Source of the DNA: Hyphomicrobiales bacterium
GTDB taxonomy: Bacteria > Pseudomonadota > Alphaproteobacteria > Rhizobiales > Rhizobiaceae
Reading direction: 5' to 3'
DNA length: 55,203 nt
NCBI GenBank assembly: GCA_038259455.1
Contig: JBBSOT010000001.1
Coordinates: 1 to 55,203, forward strand
Shown here: in pieces, positions 42,760 to 51,345 of the stretch
Numbering within the stretch: the stretch's first letter is position 1
Layout of the letters: each line of letters begins with the position of its first letter
Program-made: the position numbers and the translations under genes
Notes under the pieces: generated by a model
What the model saw: only the letters and a program-made list of their open reading frames with translations
The model's database searches: none
What the model was told of the DNA's origin: nothing

Positions 42760-43326
42760 TCAATCGTCGAATGGCTCGTTTTGCCAGGTCACAGTTGCAA
42801 AATGCAGGGTTTTCCCGCCCTTGAGATTGGAAACGAGCTTGCTCATGAAGTCTGTGATTACTGGCCATTTGTAAAACACGCGCAGCATGTTTTTCGACAT
42901 GGAGAGGCCGGGGGCGACGGCAAAGTCAGATGTGTTGAGGTCGCGGTCTTCGGTAAGACGAATACGAACCTGCGCTGCGTCTGCGAATGTCGGAAACTCG
43001 CGAAGGTCGACTTCTAGGCCGGGGCAGTCCTTCGCCACCATTATCTCGAGTTCGGCGCAGATCATTCCCTTGAGAACGCCTTCATTGAGATCTGCTGGCT
43101 TGAGCTGTCCTGTCCGCACCTGCCTTGCGATATCGTCCGTGATATTGGACATCACCTCTTGACCCGCAAACGAAATACAGCTCTCCAGGATGGCGAATAC
43201 CAAGACGGCGAATGGCATTGCCAGGAGCGCAAATTCGACGGCGGTGCTTCCGTCGCGGTTGCGCCTGAAACGTGAGAAGAGCCCTGCTGCCCTCTTTTGA
43301 CGGCGCGTCTTGGCTTTAAAACCCAT
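42760..43326 (-). CDS. TadE/TadG family pilus assembly protein (pseudopilin-like)
   Basis: 188 aa. The N-terminus ...RNRDGSTAVEFALLAMPFAVLVFAILE has the G/STAVEF motif plus a hydrophobic helix. Confidence 0.8.
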   Translation of the reverse strand: MGFKAKTRRQKRAAGLFSRFRRNRDGSTAVEFALLAMPFAVLVFAILESCISFAGQEVMSNITDDIARQVRTGQLKPADLNEGVLKGMICAELEIMVAKDCPGLEVDLREFPTFADAAQVRIRLTEDRDLNTSDFAVAPGLSMSKNMLRVFYKWPVITDFMSKLVSNLKGGKTLHFATVTWQNEPFDD

Positions 43327-43487
43327 GTCCGTATCCTGCCGATCTGATCTGATATCGTCGGCAACCCTAGCTCAATCACGTTGAAACTGGGTTTGGATCA
43401 CAGGAACAATTTTTAGGTCGATCTTTGCGATATGTTTACGATGTTACCTGATCCGAGGTTCGGCGGACCGAAATGCTTCGAGCACAA

Positions 43488-43910
43488 CTATTGGCCCGCA
43501 CTCATTTCCTGTTCCGACATCCGTTCGGCCTCGGTTTTGTAAGAGCTCTCGCAGTAAGGCGTACAAGACAATGTCTGAACGTCTGCCCGCCTGTAGATGC
43601 GGACCGAAGCCGCCGTCGCGCGACTTACGGTAATTTGCTCGTCTATAATCGGGGTCCCTTGCTCATCTAGCACCACCATATTGGTCACGCCGAAGCCCTT
43701 GCCGGTAAGCACAACGGTTGAAGCATCCTGAACTGACGCATCTGCTATGTCTGGATTGCCGATGATGATCGTGTCAGCATTTCGTGCGAGTTTCACGATC
43801 TTCGCCTGGTTCATCGTCACTTCTATGCCGGCACCTGCATGCACGGGTGTTGACATTACCGAAGCGAACAACAGGGCGCCAAGGACAAGATGCATCGTAT
43901 GCTTCGCCAT
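43488..43910 (-). CDS. pilus formation protein, N-terminal (secretin-N-like) domain protein
   Basis: 140 aa with a signal peptide (LVLGALLFASVMSTPVHA). The mature part aligns by eye with the N-terminal region of the CpaC secretin in this window (IVKLARNADTIIIGNPDIADASV...LTGKGFGVTNMVVLDEQG versus VVIDLPDDAYDILVANPAVADAVT...LFGKSVGETNIFVFGANG). Confidence 0.8.
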   Translation of the reverse strand: MAKHTMHLVLGALLFASVMSTPVHAGAGIEVTMNQAKIVKLARNADTIIIGNPDIADASVQDASTVVLTGKGFGVTNMVVLDEQGTPIIDEQITVSRATAASVRIYRRADVQTLSCTPYCESSYKTEAERMSEQEMSAGQ

Positions 43911-44167
43911 TGAGGCTCTCCAAACAGGACATATTCAACAGAAGATGAACGATATTGGTGAACCAACGGTTAAGCGATTGACTGGCGGCAGAACAGCCGA
44001 GGACGAACTGCCTGCAAAGGCTTCTCCAGGACGGCCAGCTCTGCCCTGCGACAGAACACTTTCCTCCATTGAAAAGCGGTCTTGATCGAACGTCTGCGAC
44101 CGCCGTCTCTATGGTGCGATTCAGGCGGGAACCTGTCATCCGCGTCTCTTGGTGCCCGAGTTGCCTG

Positions 44168-44183
44168 TTAGTTGGCGGTTAAC
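44168..44183. promoter_or_regulatory. CtrA-box-like site upstream of the flp pilin gene
   Basis: TTAG-N7-TTAAC has one mismatch to the alphaproteobacterial CtrA consensus TTAA-N7-TTAAC. It lies 149-164 nt upstream of the flp ATG. Confidence 0.3.
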
Positions 44184-44331
44184 CAACCGGGTCGTCGGAA
44201 AATGGAAACCATTCGGTAAGCCTGTTTCTTAAGTCGATTGAAAGAGCTTCTCGCTAGGTTGGGACTATCCGATCAACCGGCGACAGAAGTTGACGGAAGT
44301 GCTGTAACAACCGTGGACCAGGAGTTTTAAC

Positions 44332-44496
44332 ATGACCAACATTTTTGCACGTTTCATGAAGGACGAATCCGGCGCGACTGCTATCGAGTATGGCTTGATC
44401 GCGGCTCTTATCGCTCTCGCCATCATGGTTGGCGCTGGCGCAGTCGGCAACGCTCTTGATGCCAAGTTCAACCTGATTGCGACCAAACTGCAGTAG
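44332..44496 (+). CDS. flp: Flp family type IVb/IVc pilin
   Basis: It is absent from the supplied ORF track because it is under 60 aa. My manual translation is MTNIFARFMKDESGATAIEYGLIAALIALAIMVGAGAVGNALDAKFNLIATKLQ. It carries the canonical Flp motif G/ATAIEYGLIAALIA. AGGAG lies about 9 nt upstream of the ATG, and a strong terminator follows the gene. Confidence 0.85.
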   Translation: MTNIFARFMKDESGATAIEYGLIAALIALAIMVGAGAVGNALDAKFNLIATKLQ

Positions 44497-44531
44497 GTCT
44501 CTTCTGGCCGGATTCGGCCAGTCAGAAACAG

Positions 44532-44567
44532 AAAGGCTGCTCCGGTGGGAGCAGCCTTTTCTTTTTC
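44532..44567 (+). terminator. rho-independent terminator after flp
   Basis: AAAGGCTGCTCC (44532-44543) pairs perfectly with GGAGCAGCCTTT (44548-44559) across the loop GGTG and is followed by TCTTTTTC. A second small hairpin, CTGGCCG/CGGCCAG, lies at 44504-44521. Confidence 0.8.
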
Positions 44568-44655
44568 ACGAATGAAGATCTCAGTTCACCCTGGATTAAC
44601 ACCAAGCACGCTAGTCTGAGTGCAAACATATGCTGCAATCTGGACACCTGATCTC

Positions 44656-45177
44656 ATGCTCGAAGCGCTGATTTTTGTTGTATTCCCATTTTGCATGGTT
44701 TTCGCGGCGGTGTCCGACACGCTCTCCATGACCATCGTCAACCGAGTGCCGCTTGTCCTTCTGGCGGCATTTGCGATTGCCGCCCCTCTGACCGGCATGG
44801 ATTGGGCAGCCTACGGCTGGCATTTTGCTGCTGGCGCGTTGGTCCTGATGATCACATTCGGAATGTTCGCTTTGGGCGGAATGGGCGGCGGAGACGCCAA
44901 ACTGCTCACCGCCACCGCGGTATGGATGGGTTTCAACATTCATCTTGTCGAGTATGTGCTTGTCTCGGCCGTTGCAGGTGGCGCGCTGACGTTGGCAATC
45001 CTGAGCTTTCGGGGGTCGGTGCTTGCCACGTACACCAGCCGGAACTTTCTGCTGCGAAACCTGGCTGACGGCGACGGAGGCGTGCCGTATGGCATAGCGT
45101 TGGGCATAGGCGGGCTGATTGCATTTCCAAGCTCACCGCTGATGGTTTGGGCACTCGCTCAGCTCGCCGCTCAGTAG
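44656..45177 (+). CDS. cpaA: A24 family prepilin peptidase CpaA/TadV
   Basis: A polytopic membrane protein. The homolog-like N-terminus MLEALIFVVFPFCMVFAAVSD contains the first catalytic Asp, and the GGGDAKL motif contains the second. The track start at 44620 lies just after the flp terminator, so ATG 44656 is preferred. Confidence 0.9.
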   Translation: MLEALIFVVFPFCMVFAAVSDTLSMTIVNRVPLVLLAAFAIAAPLTGMDWAAYGWHFAAGALVLMITFGMFALGGMGGGDAKLLTATAVWMGFNIHLVEYVLVSAVAGGALTLAILSFRGSVLATYTSRNFLLRNLADGDGGVPYGIALGIGGLIAFPSSPLMVWALAQLAAQ

Positions 45178-45361
45178 ATACAGAATGAGATACGGGAGCC
45201 CATCCTGTGGGCCCCACCGGTCAGTGATGTCCCTGCATCTCCCTCTCGCCGTAAGACAAAATTAATCACGATCATAAGGATTGTATTAACCGTAATTTGA
45301 GGATTGGAGATGCATTGTCGGGTCTGGCTAGGTGGTTTGCCACGTACGAGGTTGGACAAAA

Positions 45362-46177
45362 ATGGCAGCATCCCGACTTATTATTCTAGGCGTAGCGGTC
45401 GCTGCGGCAGGCGGCGCGGGTTATGTCGCCAAAAATATGATGGTCGCTCCCGCACCTGAGATCATCGTCGAACAGGGGCCGCAAGCGCCTTCCATCGATC
45501 TGACCGATGTTCTGGTGCTCACAAGCGATGTGCCAATGGGCGCCACTGTGGGCGACCAGTTGGAATGGCAATCTTGGCCATCAAGCGGACTGAACGAAAA
45601 TTTCATCACCCGCGACAGCGATGCCGAAGCGCTTGAGAAGTTCAAGGGCGCCGTCGCCCGCGTTGCAATATATGCCGGGGAGCCGCTGCGCAAATCGAAG
45701 CTGATAGGCGAAGGCCAAAGCTTTATGTCGTCGATCCTTCCGTCCGGGAGCAGGGCGATCGCGACACAGATCGCCGCTGATACATCTGCTGGCGGCTTCA
45801 TACTACCCAACGACTACGTCGATGTGATTATGACGCGACGCTCCGATGTGGCTACGACCACCGGAGGTTTCATAACGGAAACAATCCTGAAGAACATTCG
45901 CGTCCTGGCCATCGACCAGGCGATCCAGGAAGACGAGGAAGGCCGCCGCGTAAAAGTTGGTGAGACGGCTACGCTCGAACTCACGCCGCAGCAAGCCGAG
46001 ATAATTACCGTCGCGCAGCAAATGGCCGACCGGCTGACCTTGTCGCTAAGGGCGCTGGTCGACACGCAGGAGGTAGTAACGGATGAGGCTGACTATCTGG
46101 TTTCGGGCAATGGCAGGCGGGGCACCGTTCGCCTGATCAAATCGGGTGAAGTTTCCGAAGTGGGGGCAAGGAAATGA
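45362..46177 (+). CDS. cpaB: Flp pilus assembly protein CpaB/RcpC
   Basis: Has an N-terminal TM anchor (MAASRLIILGVAVAAAGGAGYV) and SAF/RcpC-like domains. The stop overlaps the cpaC start (ATGA). Confidence 0.9.
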   Translation: MAASRLIILGVAVAAAGGAGYVAKNMMVAPAPEIIVEQGPQAPSIDLTDVLVLTSDVPMGATVGDQLEWQSWPSSGLNENFITRDSDAEALEKFKGAVARVAIYAGEPLRKSKLIGEGQSFMSSILPSGSRAIATQIAADTSAGGFILPNDYVDVIMTRRSDVATTTGGFITETILKNIRVLAIDQAIQEDEEGRRVKVGETATLELTPQQAEIITVAQQMADRLTLSLRALVDTQEVVTDEADYLVSGNGRRGTVRLIKSGEVSEVGARK

Positions 46178-47730
46178 AGTCAAGCGTGATTCTACCGGCT
46201 TCTCGGGGCGCAAGAATGGTCAAGTTGCTCGCGACAGCCTGTAGCTTGATAATGTTGAGCACAAGTCTTCAAGGTGTCGTGGGTGCCAACGCGGCCAATG
46301 GGCAGGCGCAAGTTGGCTCCATGACTGCATCTCAGCGTGTCAAGCTCGGCCTGAACAAATCGGTCGTCATTGATCTGCCGGACGACGCCTATGACATACT
46401 CGTGGCCAATCCAGCCGTCGCCGATGCCGTGACGCGGACGGCGCGTCGAATCTATCTATTCGGCAAAAGCGTTGGCGAAACCAATATCTTCGTTTTCGGG
46501 GCCAATGGCGAGCAGATCGTCAGCCTGGACCTCACTGTCGAGCGCGATACAGCCGGCGTCGAAGAGAATATCAAACGGTTCATCCCGACATCGAACGTCA
46601 AGGTCGAACTCATCAACGACAATGTCGTCTTGACCGGGACAGTTGACACACCGCTCGATGCAAGTCGCGCCGCACAGATCGCCAACATGCTGGTGCGGGG
46701 CGGTGAAGCGACGACCGGACAGTATTCTCAGACTGCAGCTGCCTCCAGCGACGGCGGTGGCGTGGATATCGACAATCCCGACTCCACCCGTCAGGTGAGC
46801 GGGATCGTCAATTTGATCCAGATCATCGGTGAAGACCAGGTGATGCTGAAAGTCACTGTCGCCGAAGTCAGTCGCAATGTGATGAAGCAGCTCGGCGTCA
46901 ACATGATCGGCGACGGAACGTCTAATGGCATCAGCTGGGGCGCCATCACTGAAAGCTTGCCCGGACTGGGAAAGCCAATTGGCGGAACCCAGGCGTCGCT
47001 CGGAACGGCAGCGATCGACGCATATGTAAATGCCATGGAGCAGGCAGGTGTCATGAAGACACTGGCCGAGCCTACTTTGACGGCGGTATCCGGTCAGCAG
47101 GCCACTTTTCGGGTTGGCGGAGAGTTCAACCTTGTAACCAACCAGGACTCTGGTGATGACGGCTCCGTCACTTACGAAGTCGAGAAGATCGAATACGGCA
47201 TCGGTCTGGAGTTCAAGCCGGTTGTTTTGTCGCCAGGTCGGATCAGCTTGAAAATTCGGACATCGGTATCCGAGCCGACCGACGAAGCATCTGTTGCGCT
47301 TTCCGGTGGCGGACAGCGTGGCGCCGCATTCAGGCGGCCCGGCATGACGGCTCTGTCGATCAGGAAACGCCTGGCCGATACAACGGTCGAACTTCCGTCC
47401 GGGGGATCAATGATGATCGCGGGGCTGGTGCGGGACGATGTCAGACAGGCGATCAACGGCACGCCCGGGCTGTCGAAGCTTCCGATCCTCGGCACGCTCT
47501 TCCGCAGCCGTGAGTTTGTCCGGAACGAGACGGAACTTGTCATCATAGTGACGCCCTATATCGCGAGACCGGTCGCGCGTAACCAGCTTGCCAATCCGAC
47601 AGACAACTTCAATCCGGCGAGCGATGGCGCAGCGATGTTCCTGGGCCGCGTAAACCGGGTCTATGGGACGATGCAGACCAATTTGCCCAACGGCCGCTAT
47701 CACGGCGTTGTCGGCTACATCTACAAGTAA
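46174..47730 (+). CDS. cpaC: type II/III secretion system secretin family protein CpaC/RcpA
   Basis: 518 aa with a signal peptide, an N-terminal pilus-N domain and a C-terminal secretin domain (VMKTLAEPTLTAVSGQQATFRVGGE...GLSKLPILGTLFRS). Confidence 0.93.
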   Translation: MKSSVILPASRGARMVKLLATACSLIMLSTSLQGVVGANAANGQAQVGSMTASQRVKLGLNKSVVIDLPDDAYDILVANPAVADAVTRTARRIYLFGKSVGETNIFVFGANGEQIVSLDLTVERDTAGVEENIKRFIPTSNVKVELINDNVVLTGTVDTPLDASRAAQIANMLVRGGEATTGQYSQTAAASSDGGGVDIDNPDSTRQVSGIVNLIQIIGEDQVMLKVTVAEVSRNVMKQLGVNMIGDGTSNGISWGAITESLPGLGKPIGGTQASLGTAAIDAYVNAMEQAGVMKTLAEPTLTAVSGQQATFRVGGEFNLVTNQDSGDDGSVTYEVEKIEYGIGLEFKPVVLSPGRISLKIRTSVSEPTDEASVALSGGGQRGAAFRRPGMTALSIRKRLADTTVELPSGGSMMIAGLVRDDVRQAINGTPGLSKLPILGTLFRSREFVRNETELVIIVTPYIARPVARNQLANPTDNFNPASDGAAMFLGRVNRVYGTMQTNLPNGRYHGVVGYIYK

Positions 47731-47746
47731 TCGGGGGTTTCAGGCC

Positions 47747-48475
47747 ATGTCTGATGTAGTTTGCGGACCAATAGCTGTGGCTGTTCGACGGTTTGGCGGC
47801 GGGGGAGTATTCCGGCCGGCGATGCCAATGGTAGCTCTGGCGACGATAGTGCTCCTGACAGGTTGCGCCTTGCAGAAGCGAGATTCAATCATTGTCGGGT
47901 CTGTTCCTGACGACTATCGGACGAACCATCCCATCGTCATCGCTGACAAGCAGGAAACACTCGATTTGCCGGTCAGTGCGAGTGATCGTGGAGCCACCCG
48001 CCCTCAGAAAGCAACCCTTGAAGGTTTTCTCGCCGGGTATGACCGGTCAGCCGCTCCGGTACTGAACATCATCACGCCTTCCGGCTCGGCCAACGGAGTG
48101 GCGGCAGCTGATGCAGCGCACGACTTTGCGCGGATTGCCAAGGAGAACGGCGTGCCATCCAGCCGGATTGTTCACGCGTCATATCAGGCTGGGCCGGAAG
48201 AGACTGCCGCCCCTGTAAGGATCTCATTTGCCGCGATGCGGGCGCAGACCAACAAATGTGGGCGCTGGCCGAAGGACGTTCTCGATACGACCGACAACAA
48301 GCATTATGCGAACTTCGGCTGTTCGTATCAGAACAACATGGCAGCGCAGATCGCCAATCCCGAGGACCTCATCGGACCTCGAAAGCAGACGCCAATCGAT
48401 GCTGACAATCGCGATGCAGTCATAGGTGACTATCGAGAAGCACCGGCTGGTTTCGAGCCGTCCATCGACTATTGA
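47747..48475 (+). CDS. cpaD: CpaD family pilus assembly lipoprotein
   Basis: ATG 47747 lies after the cpaC stop (the track ORF 47663 overlaps cpaC). It has a lipobox LLTGC and the CpaD-like conserved C-terminus (CGRWPKD...ANFGCSYQNNMAAQIANPEDL). Confidence 0.85.
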   Translation: MSDVVCGPIAVAVRRFGGGGVFRPAMPMVALATIVLLTGCALQKRDSIIVGSVPDDYRTNHPIVIADKQETLDLPVSASDRGATRPQKATLEGFLAGYDRSAAPVLNIITPSGSANGVAAADAAHDFARIAKENGVPSSRIVHASYQAGPEETAAPVRISFAAMRAQTNKCGRWPKDVLDTTDNKHYANFGCSYQNNMAAQIANPEDLIGPRKQTPIDADNRDAVIGDYREAPAGFEPSIDY

Positions 48476-48500
48476 CGAGAATTTTTGGGGTAAAGGCAAC

Positions 48501-49781
48501 ATGACAAATCTTGCGTACGAAGGCCCGCCCGACCAGCAGTCCGGGGAACAAGATATTGCCGCGATGCGCGATCTGCGACCGGTTCCGCGCATTTCGATCC
48601 AGGCATTCTGCGAGACCGATAGCATCGCTCAGCCCATCGAAAGGGCAGGCGAGGATCGCCGCATGTCAAAGGCGCATCTGAAGGTTCACATGGGCGGCGT
48701 GGCGACTGCGATCGAATTCTTCCAGACGGCGCCAACGCCGAATCTGATCATCCTCGAGTCGCGCAGTGAACCGCGGGACCTGCTTGGTTCCCTGAACCAG
48801 CTTGCCGAGTTTTGTGATCCGAGCACCAAGGTTGTCGTGATCGGGCATTACAATGATGTTGGATTGTACCGCGAACTGATACGCTCGGGCATTTCCGAGT
48901 ACATTGTTGCACCGGTCTCAATGGCCGACGTCGTCAGCGTGATCTCGACCATTTTTGTCGATCCGGACGCGGAGCCTATCGGCCGCTCAATTGCCTTTAT
49001 AGGTGCCAAGGGTGGGGTCGGCTCTTCAACCATCGCACACAACCTTGCTTGGTCGATGTCGACATTGTTCAAGTCGGAGGTCGTTGTCGCCGATCTTGAT
49101 CTGGCGTTCGGAACTGCAAACATCAATTTCGATCAGGACCCTGCTCAAGGCATAGCCGAAGCTGTTTTTTCGCCGGAACGGATCGACGAAGTCTATCTTG
49201 ACCGCCTGCTTGCGCAGTGCTCCGAAAACCTGTCGTTGTTGGCCGCGCCCTCCACGCTGGAGAGGGTTTATGACTTCGACCCCGACGCATTTGTTCAGAT
49301 AATCGACACTGCCCAGCGTAGCGCGCCTCTCCTGGTTCTGGACATACCGCATGTCTGGACCGGTTGGACCAAGGCGACGTTGACGAAGGCAGACGAGATA
49401 GTAATCACGGCGACGCCGGAGTTGGCAAATCTCCGCAACACCAAGAACCTGGTTGATATGCTGAAGCGACTGCGTCCCAACGACGCTCCGCCCAAGTTGC
49501 TCCTCAACCAGACTGGCATGCCAAAGCGACCAGAGATCGGGGCGGCTGATTTTGCGGAGCCGCTCGGCATGTCGCCAATGGCTGAAATTCCCTTTGATCC
49601 GCAACTGTTTGGAAACGCTGCCAACAATGGGCGAATGCTTGGTGAAATGGACTCGGCTCATGCGATTGTGCAGACGATCAATGAAATCGCCCACATCCTG
49701 ACCGGCAGAGGCGAGGTCAAGCCAAAGGGAAAGCCCGGTCTTGGAAGTTTGCTCGGAAAGTTGAAGTTTAAAAAGAACTGA
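48501..49781 (+). CDS. cpaE: CpaE/TadZ pilus assembly ATPase (atypical receiver domain plus MinD/ParA-like domain)
   Basis: ATG 48501 (MTNLAYEG). The N-terminal domain is receiver-like. The C-terminal domain has the deviant Walker A GAKGGVGSST. Confidence 0.9.
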   Translation: MTNLAYEGPPDQQSGEQDIAAMRDLRPVPRISIQAFCETDSIAQPIERAGEDRRMSKAHLKVHMGGVATAIEFFQTAPTPNLIILESRSEPRDLLGSLNQLAEFCDPSTKVVVIGHYNDVGLYRELIRSGISEYIVAPVSMADVVSVISTIFVDPDAEPIGRSIAFIGAKGGVGSSTIAHNLAWSMSTLFKSEVVVADLDLAFGTANINFDQDPAQGIAEAVFSPERIDEVYLDRLLAQCSENLSLLAAPSTLERVYDFDPDAFVQIIDTAQRSAPLLVLDIPHVWTGWTKATLTKADEIVITATPELANLRNTKNLVDMLKRLRPNDAPPKLLLNQTGMPKRPEIGAADFAEPLGMSPMAEIPFDPQLFGNAANNGRMLGEMDSAHAIVQTINEIAHILTGRGEVKPKGKPGLGSLLGKLKFKKN

Positions 49782-49810
49782 TTGTCCGAGAGATGGATTG
49801 GTAGGCGAGC

Positions 49811-51316
49811 ATGTTTGGTAAAAGAGGCAATGACGACGGAACAAGGGTCACACCCGAACGCCGACCACTCGCGCCCGAATTGAAGGAACCTGTGGTCCAG
49901 GCGGACCGCAGTCCTCAGGCTGCGACTGAGGCTGCCGCTGCACCTGTCACCGCTCCTCCAGCTGTCCCGGTACGCAAGACCATCGATGCTCCGCCGATTG
50001 CCGCTGAGCCACGCAAACTACAGCGTGAGCGCAGCGAGAGCTACTACGACACGAAAAGCCAGGTGTTCTCGGCTCTGATCGATACGATCGATCTGTCGCA
50101 ACTCGCCAAGCTTGACCCCGATAGTGCGCGCGAAGAAATTCGCGATATCGTCAACGACATCATCGCCATCAAGAACTTTGCGATGACGATTTCCGAGCAG
50201 GAGGAGTTGCTCGAAGACATATGCAACGACGTACTTGGCTACGGTCCACTCGAACCGCTGCTGGCTCGCGATGACATCGCCGATATCATGGTGAATGGCT
50301 CGAAGCACGTCTACATAGAAGTAAACGGCAAAGTTGAGCAGACCGGGATCAGGTTTCGAGACAATCAGCAGTTGCTCAATATCTGCCAGCGTATTGTGAG
50401 CCAGGTCGGCAGACGTGTCGATGAATCCAGCCCCATATGCGATGCGCGCCTGCCAGACGGATCGCGCGTCAACGTGATTGCGCCACCCCTGGCGATCGAC
50501 GGGACCGCGCTCACCATTCGTAAGTTCAAGAAGGACAAGCTTACCCTCGATCAGCTTGTGAAATTCGGTGCGATTTCGCCCCAGGGTGCCGAGGTTCTGA
50601 AGATCATTGGCAGGGTTCGCTGCAATATCGTCATCTCAGGTGGCACAGGCTCTGGCAAGACGACACTCCTGAACTGCCTGACCAATTACATTGATCGCGA
50701 AGAGCGCGTCATCACCTGCGAAGACTCGGCCGAGTTGCAGTTGCAGCAGCCCCATGTCGTGCGTCTTGAAACACGCCCGCCCAACCTGGAGGGCGAGGGC
50801 GAGGTGACGATGCGCGATCTTGTCAAAAACTGTCTGCGCATGCGTCCTGAACGCATTATCGTCGGTGAGGTACGTGGTCCGGAAGTCTTCGATCTGCTGC
50901 AGGCGATGAACACCGGCCACGACGGTTCGATGGGCACCATCCACTCCAACAGCCCGCGCGAATGCCTTAACCGTATCGAATCGATGATCGCCATGGGCGG
51001 TTTCACGCTCCCTCAAAAGACGGTGCGAGAGATTGTGGTCGGGTCTGTGGACGTCATCATCCAGGCGGCACGTCTGCGAGATGGCTCGCGCCGCATAACT
51101 CACATCACCGAAGTCATTGGAATGGAAGGTGATGTGATCATCACCCAGGATCTGGTTCTCTATAATATCAAGGGAGAGGATGCGAGCGGCAGGTTGCTCG
51201 GCGAGCACGTCTCGACCGGCATCGGACGGCCGCATTTTTGGGATCGCGCGCGATACTACGGCGAAGAGCAGCGTCTGGCCGCTGCCCTCGAAGCGATGGA
51301 AAAACGGTCCGATTAA
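49811..51316 (+). CDS. cpaF: CpaF/TadA family secretion ATPase
   Basis: 501 aa with the MFGKRG N-terminus, Walker A SGGTGSGKTT, and the Asp and His boxes of the VirB11/GspE-like superfamily (IIVGEVRG, GHDGSMGTIH). Confidence 0.97.
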   Translation: MFGKRGNDDGTRVTPERRPLAPELKEPVVQADRSPQAATEAAAAPVTAPPAVPVRKTIDAPPIAAEPRKLQRERSESYYDTKSQVFSALIDTIDLSQLAKLDPDSAREEIRDIVNDIIAIKNFAMTISEQEELLEDICNDVLGYGPLEPLLARDDIADIMVNGSKHVYIEVNGKVEQTGIRFRDNQQLLNICQRIVSQVGRRVDESSPICDARLPDGSRVNVIAPPLAIDGTALTIRKFKKDKLTLDQLVKFGAISPQGAEVLKIIGRVRCNIVISGGTGSGKTTLLNCLTNYIDREERVITCEDSAELQLQQPHVVRLETRPPNLEGEGEVTMRDLVKNCLRMRPERIIVGEVRGPEVFDLLQAMNTGHDGSMGTIHSNSPRECLNRIESMIAMGGFTLPQKTVREIVVGSVDVIIQAARLRDGSRRITHITEVIGMEGDVIITQDLVLYNIKGEDASGRLLGEHVSTGIGRPHFWDRARYYGEEQRLAAALEAMEKRSD

Positions 51317-51345
51317 TGGATATGCCAGGAAGGTATTAGCTCCAG

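Noticed and set aside
43747-44085. 112-aa ORF (+) and 121-aa ORF (-) in the flp upstream region as possible extra pilus genes or a second pilin
   Set aside because: There is no Flp motif (G/xxxxEY), signal peptide or TM helix. Part of each overlaps the secretin-N-like gene on the other strand. The composition looks non-coding.
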